Shown: positions 1 to 14,796 of the stretch, piece after piece
How positions within the stretch are numbered: the first letter of the stretch is position 1
How the letters are laid out: each line of letters starts with the position of its first letter
Origin: Octopus vulgaris
Lineage: Eukaryota
NCBI GenBank assembly: GCA_951406725.2
Contig: OX597823.1
Span: 108,004,001 to 108,068,000 of the forward strand
Reading direction: 5' to 3'
Length of the DNA: 64,000 bases
Translations under genes and position numbers: made by a program
The notes under the pieces: model-generated
The model's database searches: none
The model's input: only the letters and a program-made list of their open reading frames with translations
Told to the model about the DNA's origin: nothing

Positions 1-160
1 GGGGGTGGTTTCTTCTCTGAACATCTTCTGCTGTTCATCTCCCCATGCGCACTCTCAGTTACTTGACACTTCAACATAGCTGGGCGCAACCTTGCGACGA
101 GATGGGTTCTTTTTTGTGTGCTTGAGTCCACCGTGAAAATGTTGAACCAAAACTAATATT

Positions 161-1226
161 ATGGACACCTTATGCGTTTTTTGTTTTAAAAATGACAAGA
201 AAGCGGCGGGATTGTCCAAGAAGATATGCACTGTATGTGGAAAGGATGCTGTTATGAAACGTGTGTGCCAGAAGTGGTTTTCAAGATTTCGATGGGGAAA
301 TGTTTTCGATTCAATGATGCACCTTGCTCTGGCTTCCCAGCTGAGATTAACAACGACACCAGCTCTCATTATATGACCAGGATGATCCGGATACCCCACA
401 AATATCCAACTCAGGAGTTGCAAACTATCCGCATCAACTCGGTTACATCGGCAGGCTCGATGTTTGGATCTCACATCAGTTGAATGAGGCTAACCTTACC
501 CAACGGATTACCATCTGTTTTTTTTTTTGGTGGTTTTCATTTTCTGTTGTAGAAACGTGAAGAAATCGACCCTCTTTGGAAGAGACTGGTGACAGAGGAC
601 GAAAACTGGATCGTCTATATCAATTTGAAGCGCAAACAATCTTAGGGAAGCACGGTGAACCACCACGAATAACTTCAAAAGCAGGACTTCATCCGAAAAA
701 GGTTATGCTTACCACTTCGTGGAATTGGAAGAGTGTTGTCTTTTACGAGCTGCTTCCTAGGGACAGGACCAGCAATTCGAATGTGTACTGTGACTAACTG
801 GACAAATTAAACGAGCGGTCTGTTAGAAGCGCGCAGCACATGCCAATAGTAAGGGGATTGTCTTTCATCTCACTTCTTTCCAAGCTCGGCAGAAGTTACT
901 GGGACTCGTATGGCACGTTTTTCCACATCTTCCATATTCGCCAGACTTTGTACCATCAAATTTCCACCTGTTTTGGTCTCTTCAAAATTCATTGAATGGA
1001 CAGACCTTCAGCTCTGAAGAAGATGTAAACCTTCACCTGGGAAAGTTTGTCGCTCGTAAAGACAGGAAATTCTTTGAGCTAGGAATAATAGATCTGCCCG
1101 CAAGATGGCAGAATTTACCGAAACGAAACGGTAATTACATCACTGATTGAATAAACCGCTTTGCGTTTAAAACTTGTGTCTTATTTTCGGTTAACAAATC
1201 GAACGGACTTTTTGACCGACCCAGTT
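161..1226 (+). mobile_element. Decayed mariner (Tc1/mariner) transposon: transposase pseudogene plus right TIR
   Basis: Frameshifted mariner motifs: ICTVCGKDAV..RVCQKWFSRFR (HTH region), WISHQL (WVPHEL-like), LVTEDENW (VTGDEKW-like), GLHPKKVML..W.WKSVVFYELLP, HLPYSPDFVPSNFHLF (YSPDLAP-like); stop at 1148-1150. TIR-like end gaacggactttttgaccgacccagt at 1201-1225. Confidence 0.93.
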
Positions 1227-1449
1227 TATATGAATCAGACAATTGTACAGATATTAGACAGACAAACAGGCGAACATATCTAGATTATATATAGATAGGT
1301 AGACGTATAATAGTATAAGGTTAATCCAAACGGGAAAACAGAAAAAATAACAACACGTGGAACAATTAAAGTATTATTATTAGGCGCTCAGGAAAAGGGG
1401 AATGAGGGTATATATATATATATATATACATGGAATATGTTAATTAGAG

Positions 1450-1511
1450 TCAGACCAAAGCCTTGTGAGTAGATTTTGTGAATGGAAACTGAAAGAAGCC
1501 CGTCGTGTATG

Positions 1512-1549
<38 letters not shown>

Positions 1550-1785
1550 GTGTTTGTGTGTGTGTGTGTGTGTGTGCGTTTTCTGATTGTGCTTGTCTAT
1601 CATTATTGTTTGACAAACGGTGCTGGCTTGTTTACGCCTCCGCCCCTTTGCTGTTGGGCAAAGAGACCAATAGAATAAGTACGCGGCTTTTAGGAACTAA
1701 ATACTAGAGTAGACTGAACCCTTGAATGCACCCCCGCCCTCAGCATGACTGCAGTCTAATGACTAAAACAAGTGAAAAGAATTAC
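1450..1785 (+). mobile_element. SINE family C, 5'-truncated, with internal (TA)n(TG)n
   Basis: gaccaaagccttgtgagt..ggaaactgaaagaagcccgtcg, then a microsatellite, then agagaccaatagaataagtac..cagcatgactgcagtctaatgactaaaacaag; these modules recur in the other copies. Confidence 0.75.
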
Positions 1786-2347
1786 TAAAGAGATATTAAA
1801 CTGACGTACTTGAAGATGGGATAAACTAAGAGAAGCAAACAAGAGAAAAACAGAGAGAGTGGGAAAGAGAAAGGCGGAGAGAGAGAGAGAGAGAAAAGAG
1901 AGAAAGCGAGGAAAAAGAGAGAGAGAGAGGGGAGAGAGTGGGAAAGAGTGAGGCGGAGAGAAAGAGAGAGGGAGAAAAGGGGACAGAGATAGAAGAAAGA
2001 AAGAAAGAGAATATAAGAGAATGAACTTTTCTGAGGTTTATAAAAAAAACGCTTATGAGGACACGATTTTCAACAGATGCCGTGGTATTGTACGAGAAAC
2101 GAAATCGTAGAAGTAATGATTTGAACTCTCATAATAGTTTGTATACTGTTTAGAAATAATGGTGGGGGGGAATAAAGAAAAGAAGTGTGTAACATTAGGT
2201 GTTCTTCACTGATCTACGTTGTAAATTGAATTTTAATATAGAGTTTCCGGCCAATTTCAGTGCAACCTCAAAACACAAACACAGATATACGCACGCGCAT
2301 ATGCATGTATATAATGAGACAATATACTTACATACATATATACATAC

Positions 2348-2397
<50 letters not shown>

Positions 2398-2400
<3 letters not shown>

Positions 2401-2552
2401 GGGAGAGTTCACGAAAAAACAAAAGACGAAGTCAGGTGGTGTACAAAACAGATGAATTAGTATAACACTCAGGAATTGAAAAAGTCTTTTACGTTTCGAA
2501 CCTACGCTCTTCTACAGAAAGGGACACAGAAAAAAAACAACAAAGAAACAAG
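2398..2552 (-). mobile_element. Short Penelope-like (pLTR-type) non-coding element in (TA)n, family H1
   Basis: Reverse-complement homolog of 21760-21915; flanked by (TA)n on both sides; carries a hammerhead motif. Confidence 0.7.
2486..2521 (-). ncRNA. Minimal type-I hammerhead ribozyme motif (variant core CUGUAGA)
   Basis: Minus strand: cttt-CTGTAGA-a-gagc gtag gttc-GAAA-cg-TA-aaag; stem I cttt/aaag, stem II gagc/gttc. Confidence 0.65.
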
Positions 2553-2774
2553 ATATATATATATATATATATATATATAGATAGATAGATAGATATGTAT
2601 ATGTACACACACACACACATGTATATGCGTGTGTGTGCGTGTGTGTTTATATGTATATGTATATATATATAAGTCGATAGATAAATAGATTGATTGATAG
2701 TTGCTTGAGAGTGAAATGCCGTTTAGACACTGAGGATTAAAACATAACTATAAAAATTAAAAGAGATATGGAAT

Positions 2775-2775
<1 letters not shown>

Positions 2776-2833
<58 letters not shown>
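2776..2833. repeat. (GA)n microsatellite
   Basis: Perfect dinucleotide run. Confidence 0.95.
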
Positions 2834-2835
<2 letters not shown>

Positions 2836-5227
2836 GGGGTGAGTAGTGAAGAGGGGATGTTGATATTAGAGGAGAGAAGATTTGTGGAAAGTGGTGTTGG
2901 GCGAGGTTGGAAGAACGGACCAATGTTGTTTATATCAATCAGTGACTATGGTAGCATCAGATCACGAATGAATAGTTCCCTTGATACGACTGTCTTAATT
3001 AGATTGATGCTGGGGTCTATGATGATGCTGTCAATAATGATGATGATGATGACGACAAAGACGATGACGACGACGATGACGACGACGACAATAGCGGAGA
3101 AGATAACGACGACGACGACGACGTGATGGCGATGGTTGTGCTTATACTTGTGGTAGTGATGGTGGAGATGAAGACGTCGGCGGCGGAGGAGAATATGCTA
3201 GTGATGATGACAGCAATGATGACGAGAAGAAACAGGGGGAGGCGGGGGTGGGGTGGGGTGGATTCAGAGGGAGGAGAAGTTCGTAGGATGACGGAGGGGG
3301 TGAGGGGGATGAGGAGGATGAATTTGCTAATTGTTGGTGACGGTGGGGATATACAATTGCTAATGATTACTGCGATGATGATGATGATGATGATGATGAC
3401 GGCGACGACCGACGATGATAGAGCATCCGTTATCTGTTATGGTTTTGTTGTTGTTGTTGATATTGTGGTTGCAACTATTTAATTTAGTCGAAATGTGTTG
3501 TGGTGTGTGTGTGTGTGTGTGTGTGTGGATCGTGGTGTAGGAGTGTGCGATATAGATGAGGGGAGGGCAGGGGTGGTGGGGTTTTTTTTCTACCATTTTA
3601 TCTTTTAATTTAATTTCATTATAGTCTTTCCATCGATCTTTATCTTCCCCTCCTCCTTCTATCCCTTTACTTATGGATGTGTAATTATATATACATATAT
3701 ATGTATATGTGTGCATGTGTGCATGTGTGTGTTTATGTGTGTGTGTGTTTGTGTGTGTGTGCATCCAGTCAAATACACACACACACACACACACACACAT
3801 ATGCACACACATTCGCACACATAATCTCAGAGGGTCTGTGAGAGCGTATGTGAACATGTGTGTTTTTCTTAGTATATTTATATTTATGTGTATGTGTGTG
3901 TATCTGTGTGTATCTGTGTGTATCTGTGTGTATGTGTGTGTATGTGTGTGTATGTGTGTGTTCGCCTATATTTGTGTGAATGCGTTGGATGGAGTGATGT
4001 ACATCTCTCCATCTCTTTTCTATACTTATTTCACCATTTCTACCTCTTTCCCACCCTTTATTCCCTTACTCTTTCTATTTTCTCCTCTTTCTAAACCATT
4101 CTGTGTGCATATACGAATATGTGTTGCGTTTCTTCCTGTATATATCGGTTCCTGTGTGTATATGTGCAAATATATAGCCATATTTCCACATGTGTATGTA
4201 TGAGTGTGTATAACAAACTCTGTTCCAGTGTATGTCTTTACGTAACACATTGCGTGCGTCTACGTGAGTTATTTAAATTGTTTTACAATTGACTAAACCC
4301 ACATTCGGAAGATCAAAAGTTTAATGTAAAATTTTTGCCTTTGAAATTTTTATATTTGAAAAATAATAAAAAATTACAATTTTTTTTATATTTATTTCCT
4401 TCCCTTTTATTATCATTTTATTATTATTATTTTTTCAAGTATCTTTTAGTTTATTACATGAGTGAGTGGTCGGTTATTGTCTAATTGGGTGTGGTTTCAT
4501 ACATTTTTTTACTCTATTTCCTCACCCACCTCCCGCTGGTTTTCATTTAGTGTTCTTTATACTATTATGTGTTTTTGTGTGTATTGTAGTCAAGTGAGTG
4601 TTTTAGGGATATTTATATAGCTTTGAGATTTTTTTTTTCTCTCCGTTTTTGACTTCGCTCGTTGGTTTTTGGTCGTTCATTCTGTTTCGTTTTATTTGAT
4701 CGATTTTATTTTTATTATATTCTAGTTTTAGTTTTCATTGATTTACCGATTCATTGCGTTGGTTTTTAATTTTAGATTTAATGTTATTTTAAAACAACAA
4801 AATATGAATACATATAAAAATACATACACATACATATATAAATACATACATACATACATATATATATATATATACACGTACATACAGTAGCAATAACAAG
4901 ATCAATTTAAATAACCAAATAAGTTCAGCTCTTTAAACTAACCAGTCCACTCTGATCTTCAGATCTTTTGTTCTTTTTCTCTTAATTTTATATTTGATGT
5001 TTTATATTTTTCTCTCGTTATTTTTTTTTATTTGTATTTAGTTCTTGAAATATATATATATATGTATATATATATTTTTTTTCTTTTATATTTTTAATGT
5101 TTTCTAAAACGCTTTCGCCGGATAGAGAAATTTCACGTTGAGATTTTAAATACTAGTTTTCGTATGTGAGTGTGTGCTCGTGTGTATGTATGTACGTACG
5201 TACGTACGAATGTGTGTACGTATTTAT

Positions 5228-5258
<31 letters not shown>

Positions 5259-5792
5259 CGTACACAAATGAAGCACTCACACACTTTTTGCGCATATGTA
5301 GGTGTCTGGATTTATGAGACTTTTATATTTGTATTTTTGAGAATATATACATACATAACTATACATTTCTGGAATATATATTCACGCATACGCTTATAAT
5401 ACTTGCTCCCCACCACACCCACACACTTTTAAATATACGCGCGCACGCGCACATATATGTATGTGTGTGTGTATGTATGTATGTATGTATCTATTAATGC
5501 GTGTAGATGTAGCTATAAATTGTTTTTTCTTTTGAAGTGTATACATCATTTGGTGTCTACTGCTGAGGACCTTTCTACCATGTCCGAGTACTAATGTAGT
5601 TCGCTTCTCTTTTATAACCTTCTCCGCCTAACATCCTCTCTTTAACCATTTTCTTTCTTTCTTTCTTTCTTTCTTTCTGTCTTTCTTTCTGTCTGTCTGT
5701 CTTTCTGTCTCTGTCTGTCTGTCTGTCTGTCTTTCTTTCTTTCTTTCTTTGTTTCTTTCTTTCTTTTCACATCTTCCTCACTCTCTTCCTCC

Positions 5793-5836
<44 letters not shown>

Positions 5837-6319
5837 ATATATAAATTAACATCTGCGGCCACACAGCTTCTATTTCAAGGATTCTAAAATTGTCAGTCGT
5901 AAGTGCACTTTGATTTGTTTTCGCGTGTATATGCACACATACACACATACACTCAAACACATACGTACATAAGCAACTACAGATACACACTTTCCAAACC
6001 CACCCCAACCCCCCACACAACTATTTTCATGTTCATGTGCGCACGTGGCGACCACTTGTCTGCATACCATTGCACGTACCAATGAGTGCATGTTTCACAT
6101 CGATGATATGTAAAGATATCACTGCTGCACGTCACACAACCATTAACGACTCTACTGGTCTCCAGTGGGTTACATATTCCCATGGTTACACTGGATCTCC
6201 TATTACCACACTCCTAATATCGGGGTAGGTGACTGATTCCTCAAGGGTTTAACAGATCTCAACTTAAGGAATATAACTAGTGTTCCTCACTCACGTTTTC
6301 TATTATCCCAATTATTACC

Positions 6320-6552
6320 TATTTCTTTACAACCCACAAGGGGCTAAACACAGAGGGGACGAACAAGGACAAACAAACGGATTAAGTCGATTATATCGAT
6401 CCGAGTGCGTAACTGGTACCTAATTTATCGACCCCGAAAGGATGAAAGGAAAAGTCGACCTCGGCGGAATTTGAACTCAGAACGTAGCGGCAGACGAAAT
6501 ACTGCTAAGCATTTCGCACGGCGTGCTAACGTTTCTGCCAGCTCATCGCCTT
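6320..6552 (-). mobile_element. tRNA-derived SINE family A, monomer
   Basis: Head ggcg..gagctggcagaa, B-box gagttcaaattcc, central gcctttcatcctttcggggtcgataaa, tail agccccttgtggg..aaagaaata; TSD atcccaattattacc at 6305-6319 and 6565-6579. Confidence 0.9.
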
Positions 6553-7155
6553 AATTGGGTAATAATCCCAATTATTACCACTGTCATCTCTAATTCCATT
6601 ATCACTATATTATCAAACCCCACCATTACAACTACTTCCATCACAAGTACCAGTAATATACTGTGATCTAATAGAGGTGGTGATAATACCTCTACTAGAG
6701 GTTGTGTAGATAAAGTTTTGAGCTGCTGATTCATGTATCATGTGTCTAAATTTCCTGTTTGTATTTATTTTGTTGCTGACACCGTATTTATTTCCACCGA
6801 CTTCATTATACTCAGCAAGGTTTTGTGCGTTAGTTAGTCACGTTAAGCCAGGTAAAACGGTAATTTGTTGCTACCTATATTATTTTATAGAAGACAGGTT
6901 TCCTATAGTTTCAAGGTAAATTTCAATTTTAGGGGATCCTGTTGTTTTTTTTTATAACAATTATTATGAATAAATGATGTCGTACCATTGTATTGCACGT
7001 CTCCTCTTATGATTTTTATCTTGAACTTGAAAAAATTACAGGTACACGACGAACAGGACAATCGAATTTCAGTTATGTAAGTGAGATATTTATCAACAAT
7101 GTTGTAAACCTTCCGTACTTCATTATATGAATTCTGAGCTCAATTGATACTCTAG

Positions 7156-7209
<54 letters not shown>

Positions 7210-8098
7210 TGTGTGTCTATGTGTGTGAGTGTGTGCAACAGAGCAAGGGTCTGAAATTAAAAAGATGTCAGGTGAGTTATGCAGTGGAGTTGATTCCTTT
7301 AACAATAACATTTGCCTAAGGATTCCTAGCATTCCACCATTTTAACAGATTGTTATACATATTGCGTTGCGGACGCCTGGCCAAGTGGTTAGCATGCTGC
7401 GCTCACTATCGCGAAATCGTGGTTTCAATTTCAACTTCATCTCACGTTGTTCCGTGATCACTTATTCACCTGAAGCGTGGTACAACGTGCACCTGTTCAA
7501 ACAGCGTCGATTTGATGGAGTGAGCCAATGTACAGCACATGCATTTGATCCCTATAAACAAACCATTTCTCGGACCCCGGGAGACTGCCATCATTCTAGA
7601 TATTGTTAAGATAGTTGTCAGAATCATTTGAGGGGTCAAATACTGGCTTTACATTCTGAGCTCAATTCGCACTGAGGTTAACTTCGTTTTTCATACCAGA
7701 ACGGTTATTAAAATAAAGTGCCAGCTAAGTATTTAGGTCGATTTCATCGACTAACCCCCACTCCAAATCTTAGGCTTTGTGCCATTTATTAGTGCCCATA
7801 ATTATCATTGACACTATTTGCACTGAGATTTGGGGTTCGTTTGTGCTGCATTCCTGGAAATAACCTCATTAATCCCTCACAGACTTATATCCGTTTGTTT
7901 CTTCTTTACTATTTTCTATTAATCGAACGGCTAAGATGCTTCTTGAAGTTAAGGGATGTACATACACGCGCATATAGAAAGAGAGGGGGAAGGAGAGTTA
8001 CCTATGTGTTTATATACTGAGGTCTAATTGTGCATATTTAAATCTATAATATCACATGCGCATTCATGTAAACTATACCGAATGCATTCTATAATCTA

Positions 8099-8136
<38 letters not shown>

Positions 8137-8141
<5 letters not shown>

Positions 8142-8368
8142 CTTTACTACACACAAGGGGCTAAACATAGAGGGGACAAACAAGGACAGTCAAACGGATT
8201 AAGTCGATTACATCGACCCCAGTGCGTAACTGGTACTTAATTTATCGACCCCGAAAGGATGAAAGGCAAAGTCGACCTCGGCGGAATTTGAACCCAAAAC
8301 GTAACGGCAGACGAAATACGGCTACGCATTTCGCCCGGCGTGCTAACGGTTCTGCCAGCTCGCCGCCT

Positions 8369-8369
<1 letters not shown>
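8137..8369 (-). mobile_element. SINE family A, monomer
   Basis: Near-identical to the other family A copies; lies between (TA)n and (CA)n. Confidence 0.9.
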
Positions 8370-8403
<34 letters not shown>

Positions 8404-8431
8404 ACACACACATATATATATATAGAGAGAG

Positions 8432-8488
<57 letters not shown>

Positions 8489-10816
8489 CATTCATTTTCT
8501 GACAGTCACTAAGTCACGTACATATTATATAAAACATGCTCGCTTACACCAAATATTACGTACAACGCTATTCGTGAGCATTCAATATTTCTCGCATACA
8601 ATCACGTATATATGCACATACACAAACACATATACAAGCACAAGACTGTTCTCCTTGCAGCCCTTTACAGTATATGGGCAATCCCAGTAAAATAGGGGTT
8701 AATAAGCCGAATTGACTGTCAGGTAAGCGCTTTAGCGAATGTATTTCTTGACGGACGTGGGTTTATTTTATGATGTCAACTTAGGTTATTGGTTGTTTAC
8801 TAAAATCTTTCCAAACATGTAGCCTCATATTTGGTAATTCTCATGTTTGCTAATTCTCGTGTAGTTAATTACATGAACTGACACTCACTATGCCTGAAGC
8901 ACACATCACCACTTGATATTCGTTGGCAGGGAAACATGTAGCACGCAGGAGAGTGCATGTGGGTGTCTTTGTGAGTATTTCTATTTTTCAGTTGTAAGGT
9001 GGCGCTAGTGGTGGTAGTACTCTGGTGGGTGTGGTGTTCGAGATGCTGGTGGTTGGCTGGTGTTTATCGTAATGTTTATGGTGATAGTTGTTATTGTTGT
9101 GCACAGTTCTATAGAATATACTGAATAAAAACCTGGAGACTTACATATATACGTAAATATATGTTCGTACGTGTATATGTATGTAAATGTATGCGTTAAT
9201 ATATGTCTATAGTTCATAGATGAGAATGAAATATTCTCCGTATAGAATACACTTTGTAGTGCTCAAGAGATTTAAACCTGAGCAGGTACAGAGGTAAATG
9301 TAAGGATAAGCAAGTTGGGCAGGTTGTAATATACTTATGATATAATTACAGAAAAGCAGATTAATGATATGATCATAATATAGACACACTCCGGAAGCAT
9401 GACTTGTTCAATTTTTACCCAATCCTCGATGTTTTCACTTCTGTCGTGTAACGCAAAGAAGCTCACAGTCCTTTCATAAGCGGTTTACATTCCTGTTCAA
9501 AGCGTTGACCATTTGCCGATTATTTTCGCCATCCTATGACCCTCATCGTTACAGGATTCCCACTGTTAATTATACACCTGTGTTATTGACTCATCTCTTA
9601 AATATTTCCGTTGTTGTAAACTCAAGTAAAGCTCGCGTTACATTACTACAGACACGTACAGGAACAGAGGAATAATAGTAGTTTTCTACATAGACATCCT
9701 AACTTGTAAATATTCTTCTCCCCCAACGTACTACAACACCAATTTCCAGACAAGCCTTCTCCTCAGAATTTCTATTAATCTTTTCAAAAATAATTCTGAT
9801 TTTTTTTTAATTGGATACTTGCGTCCCTCTCTACTTAGACTCCGATCTGTCATCCTTTCGTAGCCAGCTCTGTGCTTCATCACTACATCCTTCTTTTACG
9901 CAATTACAGTCCTTTGGATCCTCTGCGCTTTTCTCCGTTCGCAATTCTCAACTTACAGATTTTCAAGACACTCGACTGTATTTAAGAAATGAATTGCCTC
10001 CTACCCGGAATCGACCTTTTCCCTAGTTAAGCTGTTTAGTGCCAAAATCAAACTCGAAATGCCCGCAGTGCTCTGTCCTACTCTGGATTATGGCGAGAGG
10101 TGAGGCGTGTGGATACTTCGGCTGCCAACAAGACTCTTCGATAATTTTGGCGCTAAACTATTTAACTAAGGAAAAAGGGCGCGAATCTCAAGAATATTCT
10201 GGATTAAAATTCACAACATGGCTTCAAGCTAATTGGTCGATTTTGTTCACGTGAAAATGGGATGATTCATTCATGACTGAAAACTGGTAATTTCGCGTTT
10301 TGGGTTCAAATCCCTACAACCTCAACCGCCGCAAATGTTGACTATACTCATGATTTTGATTAGGAATTGTACTTTCATTAGATTTTTATAGCAAGAATGA
10401 CTCAGGATGTGCTCCATGAAAACCATATCTGTTTTAGCTAAGAATATGATATCATGCTGCATATAAAGAACTAATATGTGATATTTTAGATTTATAATAT
10501 ATAATAAATGAATATTAGAATGTTCAGTTAATGATATAAAATGCGATTTAGATAAAAAACAAATTGATGAATAAAATATCATTTTGGAGAAGCAAATAAT
10601 ATTACAGAATATACATTAAAATCTATGATTTCTCACATTGGCACAGAAGAACAAAGCAGAGCGTATTGCATGCACTCCACAGCAGCTTGGAACCATTTTC
10701 ATCTCTCCTTGGAAGATCAAAAGCGAAAGCGACTCTTGTTGAGTTTGAAATCAGAATGTTGAGACGAAATAAATAAATACAAAAAAACAAATAAATAAGT
10801 AAATAAATCTCTGATC

Positions 10817-11305
10817 CAGTGGCGGGGGATTAGGGGGATTAGGGGGATCTTCCTACATTTAAAATCTTGCATCGAATTAAGTGTAATGACGCGGGACCCT
10901 TTATATATTTGAAGACCACATTGATTTAAGCGTAAAAAGGCGGGGAACCTTTCTCAATTCAAAGGCTGCATTGAATTAAGTGTAATCGAATTAGGCTGCA
11001 TTATAGAAAATTTTATTGAATATGCAGACAAATCAAATTACATTTATTGTGAAAATGTAATTATAAATATTAAAGTACAAAATAAAAATGTAAAGATGGT
11101 TTTATAAATATTTTTGTTATAGTTTAAGAATACTGGAATCAATACAATACTATGTAATCAACAAAAATGTAATTTTTAAAAAATTTCAGGACCCTAAATC
11201 CAGCCTTTTTCTTGAAAGCCAGGCTTAATGTCTTGAAAGGTCGCAGATTCCCCACCCTCTGCATTAGTCTGTCGCCCAATTATTTTTTTCCAGTCTACAG
11301 CATTG
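10817..11305. mobile_element. Possible old hAT-like non-autonomous element with internal ~50-bp repeats
   Basis: Starts cagtggcg and ends acagcattg (degenerate CAGTG-type termini); tgcat(c/t)gaattaagtgtaat repeats at ~10869 and ~10967. Confidence 0.3.
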
Positions 11306-11553
11306 ATGGCAATCATGATATAAAATGTGGTAGAATTATAGTATGGCATTAGTAACATGGTTACCAGGATAATGAACTGGCAGAATGGTAAAATCGTCGG
11401 TTGAAATGACTTGCGGTATTTCTTCTGGTTTTTTATGTTTAGAGTTCAAATCTCGCCGCGATCAACAACTCACAAAGTAGCAGTCAAGTACTGGAATCAA
11501 TTTAACTGGCTCATTCCTTCCGACCGATCTCGGGTCTTTTTCTGTTAGAAATA

Positions 11554-11960
11554 TATTTCTTTACAACCCACAAGGGGCTAAACTCAGAGGGGACAAACAA
11601 GGACAGACAAACGAATTAAGTCGATTACATCGACCCCAGTGCGTTGCTGGTATTTAATTTATCGACCCCGAAAGGATGAAAGGCAAAGTCGACCTCGGCG
11701 GAATTTGAACTCAGAACGTAACAGCAGACGAAATACATATTTCTTTACTACCCACGAGGGGCTAAACACAGAGGGGACAAACAAGAACACACAAACGGAT
11801 TAAGTCGATTATATCGACCCCAGTGCGTAACTGGTACTTAATTTATCGATCCCGAAAGGATGAAAGGCAAAGTCGACCTCGGCGGAATTTGAACCCAGAA
11901 CGTAACGGCAGACGAAATACGGCTACGTATTTCGCCCGGCGTGCTACCGTTTCTGCCATC
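11554..11960 (-). mobile_element. SINE family A, head-to-tail dimer
   Basis: Two units joined at gacgaaatacatatttcttta; flanked by the direct repeat tagaaata (11546-11553, 11961-11968); degraded older A-like copies lie on both sides. Confidence 0.9.
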
Positions 11961-12699
11961 TAGAAATAATTATTAATTCTGATGCGATAGCAGTGGATTG
12001 GCAAAATCAGTCGAGCATCGGAAAGAAATACCTAGTGGTATTTGTTCTGAGTTGAAATCCTGCCTATGTCAACTTCATCCTTTCGGGGTTGATACAATAA
12101 AGTACCAATTAAGTACTGGATCAGTGTAATTGATTAACCCCTCCTTCTCCCAAATTATTTCTTCATTAGAAACCATTATCACATCGTTGGAAATCAGTTT
12201 TGGAATTCTATTTGAATTTTGCGTTATAGTCTATAGCACAACATTCATTCACTCAACTTTGACCTTTGTTTCACTCCTGTTAAAGAGCACACGGTAAACC
12301 CTACTTTATTTTTCGAGCGAAGTACGAAGCTTTTATGGAATGCTAGGCCTGGCTAGAGTGAAACAAGGTAATTTACTTGAAAGGAACGAACAAAGTGAGA
12401 CGACATCGAAAGCGAAATTTTAAGTTGTCGACACTTTTTGCAGTAAATGTTCCACTTTGTTATAACATTGAATTCAAGGAACTTTTCACTAACATGTCTC
12501 AAATTCATATATCATTGAACTGGCACTTCTCACATGATTTAACACACACACACCACACACACAATCTTCGAAAGCGGTTCCGTCTCATAAGTTATGCAAT
12601 TCCATTGCCTATTTTGTTCACCTACAAATGACATGTATTACTCAATACCATTCAATACCATGACAATCAACGGATTCTCCTTGAGAGTCCTAAAGCTAT

Positions 12700-13780
12700 T
12701 GGCATGTTCATGGGAAATTAAGTAGGATTTTGATTATAGGGTAGCAGGCTAGCCGTTCTACCGTGGATTACGATATCAAACGTGATTAGCCTCTGAGTTC
12801 AACATAAGTCCCAGGAGTGAGCAGTGTCGTCTCTCTTCCTTTAGTTCATGCTTAAAAGATATTTCTACTTTTCCTTCATAATATTAATCTGAGTTTGATA
12901 AAGAATTTTATGTTAAACTGGCTTTATTAACGTTGTATACTTTGTAGCAATCTTTCTGGCCGGTCTAACATGCATCCCTCATTTTCACCAGTCTTGAAGG
13001 CCCTATAAAAAATTATACCAAATGTGAATGCAGCGAAGTTAAAGGAGGAAATTTGATAGGAGCGCAAATCAGCAAAGTTTTAAAAATCTATTGAATTTGT
13101 GCAAAACCTCAATACTTGGGAACAAAAATGTGGCATGCTTTTAAATGGTTTCAAGACGACTTTTTGGCCATAGTAAGTTACCTGTATATAAAAGTGGAAA
13201 GGGGAGCCTCACTGATGGTTCTAAAGAAATGAGATTCTAAATGTTTTTTAAAATACACTTCCTACAATGTCATAGGATTCTTTTCAGGAAAAGCTTGGTT
13301 CGATAAGTGATGATCGAAGAGAACGATTCCATCAAGATATCGACTCAAATGAAAAACGATACCAGAGACTTTGAAATGAAGACCTGGTGAATCGCAATTC
13401 TTGAATGCAATATCACAATGACCCAGAGCAAAATAATAAAACAGAATTATTCACAATATTTGTCTAATTTTTAATTATTCGTGTGTCTAATTAGATCTGT
13501 TATAAAAACAAAAATGAGGTTCGAGTAAATTATGCATGATTAATTAAGTGTATGATATTGGGTGTAGTTTATGAAATACAAATTTTGTATATAAAATATT
13601 GATACACTTTAAAGATTGATAAAATTGATTAAAAAATATATTTCGAAACCTAGACTTGGTAGAACAAAAAAAAAAAGAAAGAAAGAAAGAAAAAAAAAAA
13701 GAAAGTAATCAGTATCAAGTCCAGGATGCATTTAGGAAAAACTGATTTCGTCTTCAATAAAAAAAAAGTTTATTTTTCTT
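12700..13780 (+). mobile_element. Highly decayed Chapaev3-like (CMC superfamily) transposase C-terminal remnant
   Basis: Broken motifs AAKLKEEI, LKIHFLQCH, EKLGSISDDRRERFHQDI..EKRYQ, matching the GERFHQDIATMERRYQGRW motif of the 52-kb copy. Family assignment is from recall. Confidence 0.65.
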
Positions 13781-14400
13781 TGAGAATGGGAAGTTAGTTT
13801 TCCTTCATTTCCCCAGAGCTTTGATGAACCGAATAACACAGTTTCACTATTCTAATATTATATATTAATATTATTTTCCTAAGGAATGAAGAACAAGAGA
13901 GAGCTGAAAGCTTCTTGGGGTGAGTGCAAGTTGCGTATAGCAAAAATACCTGCAGAAATGAAATCCAGTCTTAAGATATTTGATAGCGCTAAAAATTCTA
14001 AAAAAACATTGACTTTTGATATTGGCACAAAACCGCGGATTATGGCGGAAGTTAATCATTTTATTGAACAGGGAATGGTGGGATATGATTTCAGAACGCA
14101 AGGAAACAAAAATCAGCTGTAGTTCGGCTCTCCATCGATATTGTCATTTTATTGCCGTATTTCTATAAAACACCGATTTCTTACAATGACACAAGGACAT
14201 AAATTGGAGTGAGGGAACTGTTGATTATGTCGACCTTGAGGTATAACTGCTATTACATGTATCTCTGAAGGGTGAAAGGCAAAGTTGAGCTCGGCCGCAT
14301 TTGAACTGAAAACACCAGGGATCGTTATTATATACTGGATATAGTAGTAGTAGTAGTAGTAATACAAACACTACTAGCAATGACATCAGCAGCAACGACT

Positions 14401-14796
14401 GGAGGCGTAATGGCCCAATGGTTAAGGCAGCGAACTCGCGGGCGGAGGATCGCGGTTTCGATTCCCAGACCGGGCGTTGTCTGTGTTTTAATTGAGCGAA
14501 AACACCTAAAGCTCTATGAGGCTCCGACAGGGGGTGGTGGCGACCCCTGTTGTACTCTTTCGCTTCAACTTTCTATCACACTTTCTTCCTGTTTCTTGTC
14601 CCCGACTTCCTACGTAACCGCTGAGCCTGGATGCGCATTCATCCATCCGTCGATGCTCTCGGTGTCGGGGATTGACCTGCTTTCTCTTCTGCGGGTCTTA
14701 CGAATAGCAAAGGACCACGTTTCGTACTTCCCCCACTACAGAGGCGCGATCTTGCGAGCTCTGGGACGAAGACCGCTTCGCTCAACAAGCAAACAA
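14401..14796 (+). mobile_element. tRNA-derived SINE family B, full length
   Basis: Head ggaggcgtaatggcccaatggttaagg (A box) ..ggtttcgattccc (B box); 19-bp TSD acatcagcagcaacgactg at 14383-14401 and 14797-14815. Confidence 0.9.

Noticed and set aside
14401-14475. tRNA gene
   Set aside because: A and B boxes are present but there is no full cloverleaf; it continues into a SINE body with a TSD.
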